Source of the DNA: Escherichia phage vB-Eco-KMB36
Length of the DNA: 44,710 nt
Sequence record: OR525703.1
Reading direction: 5' to 3' (one strand)
The notes beneath the pieces were generated by a model. The model worked only from the letters and a program-made list of their open reading frames with translations. It was not told the origin of the DNA and did not search any database. Positions within the stretch are counted from its first letter, which is position 1, and each line of letters begins with the position of its first letter. The position numbers and the translations under genes are program-made. Below are positions 34,008 through 42,432 of the stretch, piece by piece.

Positions 34008-36269
34008 CTATTCCAAATCCTCCTCTGTCACTATCAGCATTTCATTCGGTTCGTATATTGTCTTCGGAATCTTGTTATCGTTTATGCCCCACGGCAACCG
34101 GTATTGCTTAGGGATCGGCCTGTTGTTGTTATCCAGCCCCGAGACTATAACCCCAGCCTCGTGCATCTCTTCCAGTTTCTTTCGAAGGTCGTTATTAGCG
34201 TTAATTGGTACGCCGTAACTATCCTCTTTCGCGGCTTTGACGATAGCGGACATAGAAAACCCCCGCTTGTCGTCGCCCTGCTCCTGCAATTTACCCAATG
34301 CGTAAATAACCGTAGCCTCTTTGGTGTCCAGTTTCTCGAACTGGCCCACCTTTTCTTTAACGGCTTCCTTCTGTTCGTCGGTCATACCTTCTACTTTCTT
34401 CACGAAGACAGAGAAGGAGTTAAAGTTAACAAAGACATCGATGTGCGGATTTCCTGCGTCAAAATCGCGGACATCATCACTACTGTACCCTTCCGGTAGT
34501 CCCATGAAATTGTGAGTTGGTTCTTTCTTTTCAGGTGGTTCCGCTATCTGAATCTTCTGTATTACGAACCCTCTCGCTTTCTGCCGTTCTCCGTTTCGAT
34601 TCTTTATGTGATACAGGTTTATCTCTAAGTTATTGTCGTTGTCCGGCTTATGCAGGAACATCCCGTTATCAATGGAGTTGTGAAAGTCACTTCCACCCTT
34701 CGGCATCATGCCGTTTTCGGATGGCACAGTTTCGTCGATGTTTTTAGTTGGGTGCACCATAGCGCCTACTGCGGCGTTCAGCGTCGACGCTATTTCGTTA
34801 AGTGCCTGTGCTGCTTCTTTCATCGACCTGTTGTCGTTCTCGTCGAAGCCCGGTATGCAAGTTTGCAGAGTATCAAACGTAACCTTTACAATTTTCTCTT
34901 CACCGGCGACACGGCGCATCATTCTCACCGCCTGGCGGCGCCACGTCTCATCGAGTAAGTTACACCCATCCGCAACACAATCGATAATGTGCAAGCGGTC
35001 AAGGCTGTCACCGAGGGCGATTTGCAAAGACTTTTTATGCCGCTCGAATGACTGCGCACCTTCACCCGCGAAAATAAATGCATGCCCTTCTGCGACCTCT
35101 GCCCCGCCGAACGCATATCTTTTTTCAGCGGCTATAGCGGCGTCAATCGCCATACTAAATGTTGACTTACCGGTATGCGATTTTGCGCAAATGTAGAATG
35201 ATTCGTTAGTCTGCATAAGGCCATCTACGACGGAGTAAGCAGGTTCTTTTTCAACTTCCGGCTCGTCTTCAAGGTCTTCCAGCGTGCAAGTTACAGGCTC
35301 TTCGTTCTCTGTGCGGTGCAATTCCTCAATCTCTTCGTCCGGTAAATCAGGCAAAGCCGCACGGATGCTGTTAATACTGATAGGTTGCTTGTCTACGTTA
35401 AGCTCGTCTGGGAGGCCACACATACGCAGGGCCAAATGTTGCCGGCGGTTAAGCTCGGTGCAAGCGCCGTTGTTTGTGTGCTGACACACGAAGCGCACTT
35501 CTTTACCGTCAAGCATGATGCTGGTGGAGCCTTTTCCGGTGTGCAGGTGTTCGTTAGGGCAAGGCACTTCGTACCCGCGACCGGAAGATAGAGCGTCAAG
35601 GCCAAGCTCCGCTTCGCAGAAATGAGCTATATCTGCGTTAAGCCCGTGCTCATCGGCAGCAAGCGTCTTAGCTTCACGTTTACGCAACCCCATCTCTTCG
35701 GCTTTCTTGATGTACCGCTCGGCACGGATAACACGCCCTTCTGTAACCGTTATCTTCGACTCTTTATGCGGCAGGTAGATAAGGCGGTTGCCGTCTTCTG
35801 TGCAGTGGTCGCGCAATGCTTCGTCTATTTCTAACTCCGCACAAATAGCCCGTTGCACCATCCACGCGTCGTTAGAGTTGAACGGAGTGCGAGCCGGAAC
35901 CAGAACGCGGAAAGCGTAGTCACCGTTTTTACACGCGTGCTGGTGCGACGCCGTTGTGTGCAGAATATTGAAGAACGGCGCGTTCTTGAATTTGCGGGTG
36001 AGGTCGCGGTACTGGGTACGGTTTAGATGGTCGAAATCGAACTTAACCACACTGTCTTCCAGAATCGCGTTTTTACGACGACCGCCAACAGGCGCAATAG
36101 CTTTCTGCTTAATCTTGGCAGCGTCGTACTCTTCCTTAGTCCAAGACGGGTCCACGGACAAACGCTTCGATGTATCGCAGACATACTCGACAAACTGCTC
36201 CAGCGGCATTTCACGCGCTACAGGGTTTTTATCGAATGTGTTACGCAGTGTTGCAAAAACAATATTCAT
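34008..36269 (-). CDS. replication protein, primase/helicase-like P-loop NTPase
   Basis: 753 aa; Cys/His zinc-binding segment CPNEHLHTGK...CQHTNNGAC; Walker A-like AKSHTGKST. Confidence 0.55.
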   Translation of the reverse strand: MNIVFATLRNTFDKNPVAREMPLEQFVEYVCDTSKRLSVDPSWTKEEYDAAKIKQKAIAPVGGRRKNAILEDSVVKFDFDHLNRTQYRDLTRKFKNAPFFNILHTTASHQHACKNGDYAFRVLVPARTPFNSNDAWMVQRAICAELEIDEALRDHCTEDGNRLIYLPHKESKITVTEGRVIRAERYIKKAEEMGLRKREAKTLAADEHGLNADIAHFCEAELGLDALSSGRGYEVPCPNEHLHTGKGSTSIMLDGKEVRFVCQHTNNGACTELNRRQHLALRMCGLPDELNVDKQPISINSIRAALPDLPDEEIEELHRTENEEPVTCTLEDLEDEPEVEKEPAYSVVDGLMQTNESFYICAKSHTGKSTFSMAIDAAIAAEKRYAFGGAEVAEGHAFIFAGEGAQSFERHKKSLQIALGDSLDRLHIIDCVADGCNLLDETWRRQAVRMMRRVAGEEKIVKVTFDTLQTCIPGFDENDNRSMKEAAQALNEIASTLNAAVGAMVHPTKNIDETVPSENGMMPKGGSDFHNSIDNGMFLHKPDNDNNLEINLYHIKNRNGERQKARGFVIQKIQIAEPPEKKEPTHNFMGLPEGYSSDDVRDFDAGNPHIDVFVNFNSFSVFVKKVEGMTDEQKEAVKEKVGQFEKLDTKEATVIYALGKLQEQGDDKRGFSMSAIVKAAKEDSYGVPINANNDLRKKLEEMHEAGVIVSGLDNNNRPIPKQYRLPWGINDNKIPKTIYEPNEMLIVTEEDLE

Positions 36270-36394
36270 TTCTTTTTCTCCGCACGTTCTAAGGCTTCCT
36301 GCATACGGCGCATTGCGCGGTTCATCTTTACCGGTGCGAAGAAATCAGCGCCGTGTTTCTGGCGGCGTAGCTGTGGAACTATTAACTTTGTCAT
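36266..36394 (-). CDS. hypothetical small protein
   Basis: 42-codon ORF with AGGA RBS, overlapping primase start. Confidence 0.3.
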   Translation of the reverse strand: MTKLIVPQLRRQKHGADFFAPVKMNRAMRRMQEALERAEKKK

Positions 36395-36462
36395 TGTATA
36401 ATCCTTGTGCTTACTTTGATGATTTGTACTTTAGCCCCGACGTTCTGGCGTTGGGGTTTCTT

Positions 36463-36675
36463 TTATTTACAACCAGAAAACCACGTGTGCTCGGAATCAT
36501 AGAAGCGGCATTTACTTAACACGTCTACCGGCATCTTAATAATTCGCGTCGGTTCCGACAAATGATTAGGTTTACATATTTCTGCATAGAATCCGCTGTC
36601 GGTAATTTCTGACGCAAACTTAAACCAGTATTTAACTTTACCGTTTTCAAAGTAACAACCCATACGCCCAATCAT
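36463..36675 (-). CDS. hypothetical protein
   Basis: 70-aa ORF. Confidence 0.4.
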   Translation of the reverse strand: MIGRMGCYFENGKVKYWFKFASEITDSGFYAEICKPNHLSEPTRIIKMPVDVLSKCRFYDSEHTWFSGCK

Positions 36676-36854
36676 TTCACATTCTCCTTAATCCACGCTT
36701 CAACTTTATTACGGTCGAATGTACCAGGTAAACGGCGACCCATAACTTTAATACAACAGTCGGGGAATTTGCCGCTGCGTAACCAGTTATTAATTGTCTG
36801 ACGTGTCACCCCAATACGCTCGGCTACTTCATTCTGTGTCATGTACTGTTGCAT
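36672..36854 (-). CDS. AlpA-like HTH DNA-binding protein
   Basis: MTQNEVAERIGVTRQTINNWLRSGKFP; ATG 36854 with AGGAG RBS. Confidence 0.55.
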   Translation of the reverse strand: MQQYMTQNEVAERIGVTRQTINNWLRSGKFPDCCIKVMGRRLPGTFDRNKVEAWIKENVK

Positions 36855-36885
36855 TTTTATATCTCCTGTTTGTTTGGTGAAACCG

Positions 36886-36914
36886 AGTATAGGATAGCGG
36901 GGATGTAAAAGCAA
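36886..36914 (-). promoter_or_regulatory. candidate sigma70-like promoter of the early operon
   Basis: Minus strand reads TTGCTT, 17 nt, TATACT. Confidence 0.4.
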
Positions 36915-36961
36915 CCAAAACTGAACGCAAAGTTACCAAAATACAAAAGATGCTACTGGTA

Positions 36962-36990
36962 TTGACTTTTCACTAAAAATGTGCTAAGCT
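36962..36990 (+). promoter_or_regulatory. sigma70-like promoter (copy 2 of repeated element)
   Basis: TTGACT, 17 nt, TGcTAAGCT; identical to the promoter at 5306..5334. Confidence 0.5.
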
Positions 36991-36996
36991 CGTCCT

Positions 36997-37210
36997 GAGC
37001 TTGTGAAGTATGAACAAGCGACCGCGGTGCGCGGCAGGCGAAACGAGCACGTCTAGACGTGTGGAGTGAGGCTCGCTGGCGCATTCGGAAGGGCCATAGT
37101 CTATTGTAATTCCCGCCTAGGTATCTAAGTTACTGATTTGCCGTAGGTTAGAACCGCAAGCTCACTCACTCACTCTTGGTGCCTTCGGCACCACGTTCGT
37201 TTCGTTTCGC
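36997..37210 (+). ncRNA. candidate small RNA of about 210 nt, paralog B
   Basis: No ORF; shares promoter, 5-prime hairpin and TTCGGAAGGGCCATA box with 5341..5541; ends at GGTGCC-TTC-GGCACC hairpin plus U-rich tract. Confidence 0.35.
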
Positions 37211-37251
37211 TCGCTAAACAAAAGAATCACAACGGCAACGTAACTATTCTC

Positions 37252-37280
37252 TTGCACACCCCAATATAATAGGATACTAT
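37252..37280 (+). promoter_or_regulatory. sigma70-like promoter with AATAG-N4-CTATT palindrome
   Basis: TTGCAC, 17 nt, TACTAT; palindrome at 37268..37281. Confidence 0.5.
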
Positions 37281-37305
37281 TCACTTATCGAAACGAGACA
37301 GAGGA

Positions 37306-37506
37306 ATGATGGTTATGTTTAAGAAGGGCCAGTTGGTTAAATGCGCCGACGGTGAACACGGCATAATTGAATTAAAATCTAATGTATTTCCCGGTGAGTA
37401 CGTAGTGACCGTGCAAAAGGTGAGAGGGGTAAATTCACAAATATACGTAGAAGAGGAGAACTTAAAACTCATTGGCAACAATTTTAAATTCAAAGGGGCG
37501 AAGTGA
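37306..37506 (+). CDS. hypothetical protein
   Basis: 66-aa ORF downstream of promoter; start may be ATG 37309 or 37315. Confidence 0.45.
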   Translation: MMVMFKKGQLVKCADGEHGIIELKSNVFPGEYVVTVQKVRGVNSQIYVEEENLKLIGNNFKFKGAK

Positions 37507-37709
37507 TGGAAGAATTATTTGAAGAACTGAAACATCATAGACTGGAGAAAGTGCATTTCCAGGTAAACAGATACGAAGTTGTTTTATTAGACGGCCCAAC
37601 TATTTCTTCCGGGGTATGCGAAGACTTGCTAAAAGTTTTACGTGCGCTACGAACGGCATCGAATCATGATGCTCGTGCCGAAGACTCTGAGGGAGGTTGC
37701 CGTGAATGA
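37503..37709 (+). CDS. hypothetical protein
   Basis: 68-aa ORF, coupled. Confidence 0.45.
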   Translation: MMEELFEELKHHRLEKVHFQVNRYEVVLLDGPTISSGVCEDLLKVLRALRTASNHDARAEDSEGGCRE

Positions 37710-37927
37710 ATAACACTGAGCTGAAAACAGTAGCGGAATATAACCATAAAATACGGGTCATGCGTCGGGGTGCCGGGCTGGAGCGGTTTTATAACATGTG
37801 GCGCACTGCGACGCGCGACCACGAGTTTCTTAGTACCGGGTATTATTTCAATAAAGGCATTATCCCGATTCGTGCCTGCAAGGATTACGGTTGGGTGCGG
37901 AGTTGCAAAGGCTTGGAGATTTTATAG
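37706..37927 (+). CDS. hypothetical protein
   Basis: 73-aa ORF, coupled. Confidence 0.45.
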   Translation: MNNTELKTVAEYNHKIRVMRRGAGLERFYNMWRTATRDHEFLSTGYYFNKGIIPIRACKDYGWVRSCKGLEIL

Positions 37928-37962
37928 TGTACCCCGACTTAGAAGATGATGAGGATTAAGGT

Positions 37963-38118
37963 ATGAGAGAAGCATTCGAACGTTGGGCCGTCGTCGAAGG
38001 TCTGCCGGTTAACAAGGGTTCAAAGAAAGAGTATCTGAACGTTAAGACACGTCTCGCGTGGCGGGCGTGGAAAGCTGGTGTGCAATCCTTGATTGAAAGA
38101 GGGGTGAGATATGGGTGA
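37963..38118 (+). CDS. hypothetical small protein
   Basis: 51-codon ORF with GAGGA RBS. Confidence 0.35.
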   Translation: MREAFERWAVVEGLPVNKGSKKEYLNVKTRLAWRAWKAGVQSLIERGVRYG

Positions 38119-38314
38119 GTGGATTAAGTGTAGTGAGCGGATGCCTGAAGGAACTAGTGACATCATTGTCGCCTGTTCGGATGGAATCGTAATGTCAGGT
38201 ATTTCTTATTCCCGCCGTAAAGGATTCTACATAGCTGCATTGGAGTACGATGACGATGAGCCTGTTACAGATGTTACCCACTGGATGCCATTACCTGAGC
38301 CGCCGGAAGTGTGA
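38111..38314 (+). CDS. hypothetical protein
   Basis: 67-aa ORF. Confidence 0.45.
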   Translation: MGEWIKCSERMPEGTSDIIVACSDGIVMSGISYSRRKGFYIAALEYDDDEPVTDVTHWMPLPEPPEV

Positions 38315-38438
38315 TGTTCAATAGTTTGGGATTTTACCGAGTGACTTACGCTGCTACACAGCAGCGTATCATTTTTCTCATTTTTGTTCTATTTCACCAA
38401 ACGCAACAATCGAAGCAACTATTGCAGGAGATGCAACA

Positions 38439-38609
38439 ATGAAACTGAATGACATCGTTACCTGGACCGGTAGAAACGGAGAAAAGCGATTCGGACTTAT
38501 TGTTGCGTCAGACGGCAACAAGTACCGTGTTATGCGATGGTGTCAGTGGGCACGACGCCCGAGGTACTACTGGATTCGTGGCGAACGATTATCTTTAAAA
38601 CACCAATAA
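38439..38609 (+). CDS. hypothetical small protein
   Basis: 56-codon ORF with AGGAG RBS. Confidence 0.35.
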   Translation: MKLNDIVTWTGRNGEKRFGLIVASDGNKYRVMRWCQWARRPRYYWIRGERLSLKHQ

Positions 38610-38616
38610 AATTTAC

Positions 38617-38645
38617 TTGCACACTGGGATAGAATAGGCTACTAT
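38617..38645 (+). promoter_or_regulatory. sigma70-like promoter with AATAG-N4-CTATT palindrome
   Basis: TTGCAC, 17 nt, TACTAT; palindrome at 38633..38646. Confidence 0.5.
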
Positions 38646-38675
38646 TCATTTACACAAACGAGAGGAGAGACAGAG

Positions 38676-38843
38676 ATGAAAGCAGTAACTAAAGATGAGT
38701 TTTTCAGCACAGTAGAAGGTCTTATGTATCACATGGTTATTAATGCGGGTACGCCAGAGTCTATCTACATAGATAGCGGTAATAATCTTGTCGCTAAAGC
38801 AACATGGAGTTACCCGGAAACCGTGTATGAGGTTGCGCAATGA
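38676..38843 (+). CDS. hypothetical small protein
   Basis: 55-codon ORF with GAGAGGAG RBS. Confidence 0.35.
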   Translation: MKAVTKDEFFSTVEGLMYHMVINAGTPESIYIDSGNNLVAKATWSYPETVYEVAQ

Positions 38844-39067
38844 CCCCCGCAAAAGCACGTGCGCTGTTACGCCGCAATGGGATTCTTGATGAGGTGGACA
38901 TCCTTGTAGAGAAATACGGCATACACATGATAGGTCGCCAGCCGAAAGGCGATATGCGTTGGATGGCGGGGGTCCCCGGTACGCCTGGCGTGTCATACGG
39001 CGACACATTAACCCATGCGGTCCATACTTACATTATTGAGTCGGTACTAGGAGAAACCAATGAGTAA
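38840..39067 (+). CDS. hypothetical protein
   Basis: 75-aa ORF. Confidence 0.45.
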   Translation: MTPAKARALLRRNGILDEVDILVEKYGIHMIGRQPKGDMRWMAGVPGTPGVSYGDTLTHAVHTYIIESVLGETNE

Positions 39068-39506
39068 CAAAAACGAAGTATTCGAGTACCTGATTGGCCA
39101 GTTACGGCAGCAGGTAAATGGCAACCAGTGTGAAGACCTGGCGCACGAGGTGCAGTCACTTAAGAATCAGTTACGTGATATGTCGGAGCTGGTGGATGAG
39201 CTACTGGGGACAATAACGTTAATGAACGGGAAATCTAGTCGCCGTAAGGAAGATACTCAGTACAACGCCTGGAGGCCGCATTATGGTGCACGACAACCTG
39301 TGCCGGATGGGACTATGGTATTTATCCGGTATCGCAACGGGGAGGAGCCGAAACACAGTGTAGCAGCAGAAAAGCGGTCGTGGATTTGGGATGGAACATA
39401 CGCAGACATAGTGGAATACAAGATTGACACACACAGGAATGTGAACATGACTATCGTTTGGTTCTGTGGTGTAGCGACTTACAGCAGTGCTCTAAATGCG
39501 GGGTGA
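39060..39506 (+). CDS. hypothetical protein
   Basis: 148-aa ORF. Confidence 0.45.
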   Translation: MSNKNEVFEYLIGQLRQQVNGNQCEDLAHEVQSLKNQLRDMSELVDELLGTITLMNGKSSRRKEDTQYNAWRPHYGARQPVPDGTMVFIRYRNGEEPKHSVAAEKRSWIWDGTYADIVEYKIDTHRNVNMTIVWFCGVATYSSALNAG

Positions 39507-39714
39507 TCAAATGACCAGCATCTTATTTATCTGGGTATTGTCCGCAGGCCAGATGCAACTAGCGGCATCAGAAACGTTTTATTCGATGGAGGCGTGCCAG
39601 TCAGCGGCACGCGCCGCAGAGAACGCGCACTTTCTGTTTCAGGGTGACAAGCCCAACGACTCAGAGGTACGCGCTATCTGCTCACCTAAGCGACTTGGTA
39701 AACAGGAGAAGTGA
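39496..39714 (+). CDS. hypothetical protein with N-terminal hydrophobic segment
   Basis: 72-aa ORF; possible signal peptide MTSILFIWVLSAGQMQLAAS. Confidence 0.4.
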   Translation: MRGDQMTSILFIWVLSAGQMQLAASETFYSMEACQSAARAAENAHFLFQGDKPNDSEVRAICSPKRLGKQEK

Positions 39715-39911
39715 TTATGGTACAAAGATATGAGGTAGAAAAATGGGGCTTGCCAGAACCTGAGGTGGTTGAGTACGCATACGGTGGTTATGTAAGCTAC
39801 GAAGACTACGCGAAACTAGAAGCCGAGTTACAGAAATACAAAGACCAGTTTCCGGATTACGTCGAGTGCGCGAACTGCGGGTCAATTACACATGTGGAAG
39901 GGGTGGAGTGA
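39711..39911 (+). CDS. hypothetical protein
   Basis: 66-aa ORF with CANCGS motif. Confidence 0.45.
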   Translation: MIMVQRYEVEKWGLPEPEVVEYAYGGYVSYEDYAKLEAELQKYKDQFPDYVECANCGSITHVEGVE

Positions 39912-39975
39912 TGATTGACGCGTATATCTATTGGAGTGGGGGTAGCTTTTAATTTTACCCTTATACCTGTGATTC

Positions 39976-40012
39976 TTTGGGCACTTTGGTGTTTGGGCAC
40001 TTTGGTGTTTGG
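39976..40012. repeat. tandem direct repeats of a 16-bp unit
   Basis: TTTGGGCACTTTGGTG x2 plus a partial third copy. Confidence 0.6.
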
Positions 40013-40216
40013 TACTGTTCCCCGCCGTAGAAGCTGCTAGCATGGCGCGGTACTACCGAAGAATCGGAAAAGTTCACGGGATTAAAGTGCACAGCTGGTT
40101 CAGGCTTTTCCGCGCTAACTACGAATTGTTTGGGCGCACGTTCACAGCACAGCGGTGCTCTTACGGCTATTGGGAAGGAGTAGGGCGATGGGAAGTATTT
40201 CCTGCGGAGGCCGAAA

Positions 40217-40510
40217 ATGAGCCTCGCAACTGATATCCTGAAACGAAGCGGCCTTGCGCCGCTGTCACCGAGAGCTAAAACACAGATATACAAGCGTCGC
40301 CGTAACGCGCTGTACCCGGAGATTCAGGCCAGACGTAAAGCTGTCCGCGCCTGCGGGTTCCAGAACGGGAAGGCCTTGAACCTCGGTGAGTTTAAAACGC
40401 AGGAACGTGCGGCTATAGCTAATCGGCTATTTAATTACTGGAAATCGCTGGGATACGATGATATTCCGACGAAACCACAGAGACGACAATACATCTGGAG
40501 ACATAAATGA
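40217..40510 (+). CDS. hypothetical basic protein
   Basis: 97-aa ORF. Confidence 0.45.
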   Translation: MSLATDILKRSGLAPLSPRAKTQIYKRRRNALYPEIQARRKAVRACGFQNGKALNLGEFKTQERAAIANRLFNYWKSLGYDDIPTKPQRRQYIWRHK

Positions 40511-40947
40511 CTACTATCGCGTTTGATGGAAAGACAATGGCCTGTGATACCCGTGTTGTGTGCGGGAGTAACTGTTACAACACAGACACTAAGATTTATG
40601 AGAATGATTTTGTGGTTGTCGGGGTGGCTGGTGACGCGGGGGTTGGAATCCTTTTAGTGAAGGACAATAGTATTTTAGTGCCTAAGCACTACGACTTCGA
40701 TTTCGAAGCCCTGGTGTTCGTGAAAGACACAGAAAAGGTGTACAAAGTCGCGTTTTATAAATCATGGGATTGCGCACTAAGTTCGGTTATTCCGGTTGTT
40801 GATAGCTTTGCCGCTGTTGGCTCCGGCGCGCCTTATGCCCTAGCGGCTATGGAATGTGAGTATTCGGCACATGGTGGCGTAGCCGTCGCTTCAAAGTTCG
40901 ATACCAACACAGGCGGCAAGATTATTACCAAACAACTATTAAGATAA
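40507..40947 (+). CDS. HslV/proteasome beta-like Ntn-hydrolase
   Basis: MTTIAFDG N-terminus, VVVGVAGDAG and AAVGSGAPYALAAM align with HslV TTIVSV, VIAGFAGG and AIGSGGPYAQAA. Confidence 0.6.
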   Translation: MTTIAFDGKTMACDTRVVCGSNCYNTDTKIYENDFVVVGVAGDAGVGILLVKDNSILVPKHYDFDFEALVFVKDTEKVYKVAFYKSWDCALSSVIPVVDSFAAVGSGAPYALAAMECEYSAHGGVAVASKFDTNTGGKIITKQLLR

Positions 40948-41006
40948 TTCCTACCCGTGGTATCCTCCAGTTACTGCATACTTAATACGCACCTGGAGGA
41001 TTCATC

Positions 41007-41258
41007 TTGGATAAATTTACTGAAACAGTGACGGGGTGGCTTCTCGCTGCCGCGCTAGCCGGAGGGGTTATCGGACTACGGCAACATAAGTCTGTTATTT
41101 CTGGCCCCATCGACGGCTTCTGCTTTATCGCAACTGGCTTCACCTGCGCCGTATTCGGCGCACCTCTAGCGGCTCAATGGTTCGGCATTACCGGGGAGCG
41201 TGAAATCGCTCGGCGCACCTCTAGCGGCTCAATGGTTCGGCATTACCGGGGAGCGTGA
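41007..41258 (+). CDS. holin-like membrane protein, truncated by a 55-bp tandem duplication
   Basis: Two hydrophobic helices then frameshifted tail RRTSSGSMVRHYRGA; removing one repeat copy restores a 102-aa three-helix protein ending at 41370. Confidence 0.5.
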   Translation: MDKFTETVTGWLLAAALAGGVIGLRQHKSVISGPIDGFCFIATGFTCAVFGAPLAAQWFGITGEREIARRTSSGSMVRHYRGA

Positions 41259-41265
41259 AATCGCT
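41156..41265. repeat. perfect 55-bp tandem duplication
   Basis: CGGCGCACCTCTAGCGGCTCAATGGTTCGGCATTACCGGGGAGCGTGAAATCGCT occurs twice back to back. Confidence 0.85.
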
Positions 41266-41362
41266 GGTCTGGGTTTCATCATCGCTATTCTCTGGATGCC
41301 TATCTATTCTCGCCTTTCTGGCATCGTCGCCGGAGAATACATCACACGTCGAGGAGGCCCGG

Positions 41363-41635
41363 ATGAATGAGCTATTCTGGCTCGGCGGTATGCTGGCAAT
41401 CGGAGGCACATCGCTGTTTAATGTGTATCATCCCGGCGTTGACGACGGATTATTTGGCCGTGTGCTCTATATCCTGACTGCTATCGTCTGCGCCGCCGGG
41501 TGTATCCACCTGTTACAGGGCAGCATGTCGCCAACGCTGCCCGAGACGTTAATCACATTAGTTGCGCTGCGCCAGATTCGTCAGGCGTGGCTGTCGTATG
41601 GAGGACATAAGCGTGTCTCGAAACATTTCAGATAA
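41363..41635 (+). CDS. holin/antiholin-like two-helix membrane protein
   Basis: MNELFWLGGMLAIGGTSLF and ILTAIVCAAGCIHLL hydrophobic helices; upstream of endolysin. Confidence 0.5.
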   Translation: MNELFWLGGMLAIGGTSLFNVYHPGVDDGLFGRVLYILTAIVCAAGCIHLLQGSMSPTLPETLITLVALRQIRQAWLSYGGHKRVSKHFR

Positions 41636-42101
41636 TGGACTGCATTTCACCGCCGCGTTCGAGGGGTTCCGTGGTACTGCGTATCGTGCTACGCCGAATG
41701 AGAAATACCTGACTATTGGGTACGGAAGCTATGGCCCTCATGTGTATGAAGGACAGAAGATTACGAAGGGGCAAGGCCTCCTGTTACTGAATCGCGATAT
41801 GGCTAAGGCCGTAGCTGCGGTTGATGCCGCCGCGCACCATTCACTGACACAGGCACAGTTCGACGCTGTGTGTGACCTGGTCTATAACGCTGGCGCTGGC
41901 GTGATCGCCGCTACTACTGGCACGGGCAAGGCGCTGCGTTCCGGGGATATTGCGACGCTGCGGGCTAAGCTGGCGATGTTCATCAACCAGAACGGCAAAC
42001 CGCTACTTGGCCTGCGTCGCCGTACTGCGGGCCGTCTGGCGCTGTTCGACGGTAAACCGTGGCAGGAGGCTGAGGCTATTGGGCGCGCGGTGAAAGGTTG
42101 A
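41598..42101 (+). CDS. endolysin (T4 lysozyme-like, GH24)
   Basis: FEGFRGTAYRATPNEKYLTIGYG signature; alternative GTG start 41613 has a GGAGG RBS. Confidence 0.75.
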   Translation: MEDISVSRNISDNGLHFTAAFEGFRGTAYRATPNEKYLTIGYGSYGPHVYEGQKITKGQGLLLLNRDMAKAVAAVDAAAHHSLTQAQFDAVCDLVYNAGAGVIAATTGTGKALRSGDIATLRAKLAMFINQNGKPLLGLRRRTAGRLALFDGKPWQEAEAIGRAVKG

Positions 42102-42166
42102 CACCTGAGATTAATCCGACGATACTTAAATCACCTCCTGTTCCATCCCTCTGCTCTCCAGTTTTA

Positions 42167-42199
42167 TCCCGGCCCTGACCCAGCCGGGATTTTTTTTTA
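42167..42199 (+). terminator. rho-independent terminator
   Basis: CCCGGC...GCCGGG hairpin followed by T9. Confidence 0.75.
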
Positions 42200-42220
42200 T
42201 CTATTTTCTGCAATGACTAG

Positions 42221-42249
42221 TTGACTATTAACTACGACCCTATTATATT
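42221..42249 (+). promoter_or_regulatory. sigma70-like promoter
   Basis: TTGACT, 17 nt, TATATT. Confidence 0.45.
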
Positions 42250-42282
42250 TACTTCATCGACAACGAGAACGGAGTAGAGAAG

Positions 42283-42432
42283 ATGAAAATCACAGATATC
42301 GAAGCATTCAAAGACGCACAACTGATGGCACGTATCGCCGTTAGTAACCTGAGCAACAGCATTCCGGCGGATGCGTTCTGGGCTGCAGCGATGAAGGCAC
42401 TGAAAGCAGCTTATGCAGGAGAGAAGAAATGA
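42283..42432 (+). CDS. hypothetical small protein
   Basis: 49-codon ORF with GGAG RBS. Confidence 0.35.
   Translation: MKITDIEAFKDAQLMARIAVSNLSNSIPADAFWAAAMKALKAAYAGEKK

Noticed and set aside
34708-35196. 162-aa plus-strand ORF (also 35956..36519 and 36027..36401)
   Set aside because: Antisense to the primase/helicase gene; Cys/Ser/Arg-rich junk-like translation.
36999-37215. Short microsatellite-like runs (CTCA)x3 and (GTTTC)x3
   Set aside because: Too short to treat as separate repeat features; they lie within the candidate sRNA paralog B and its terminator tail.
40009-40233. 74-aa ORF starting with TTG inside the 16-bp repeats
   Set aside because: TTG start lies within the tandem repeat; an internal ATG at 40042 could give a 63-aa protein but has no clear RBS, so it is left uncalled.
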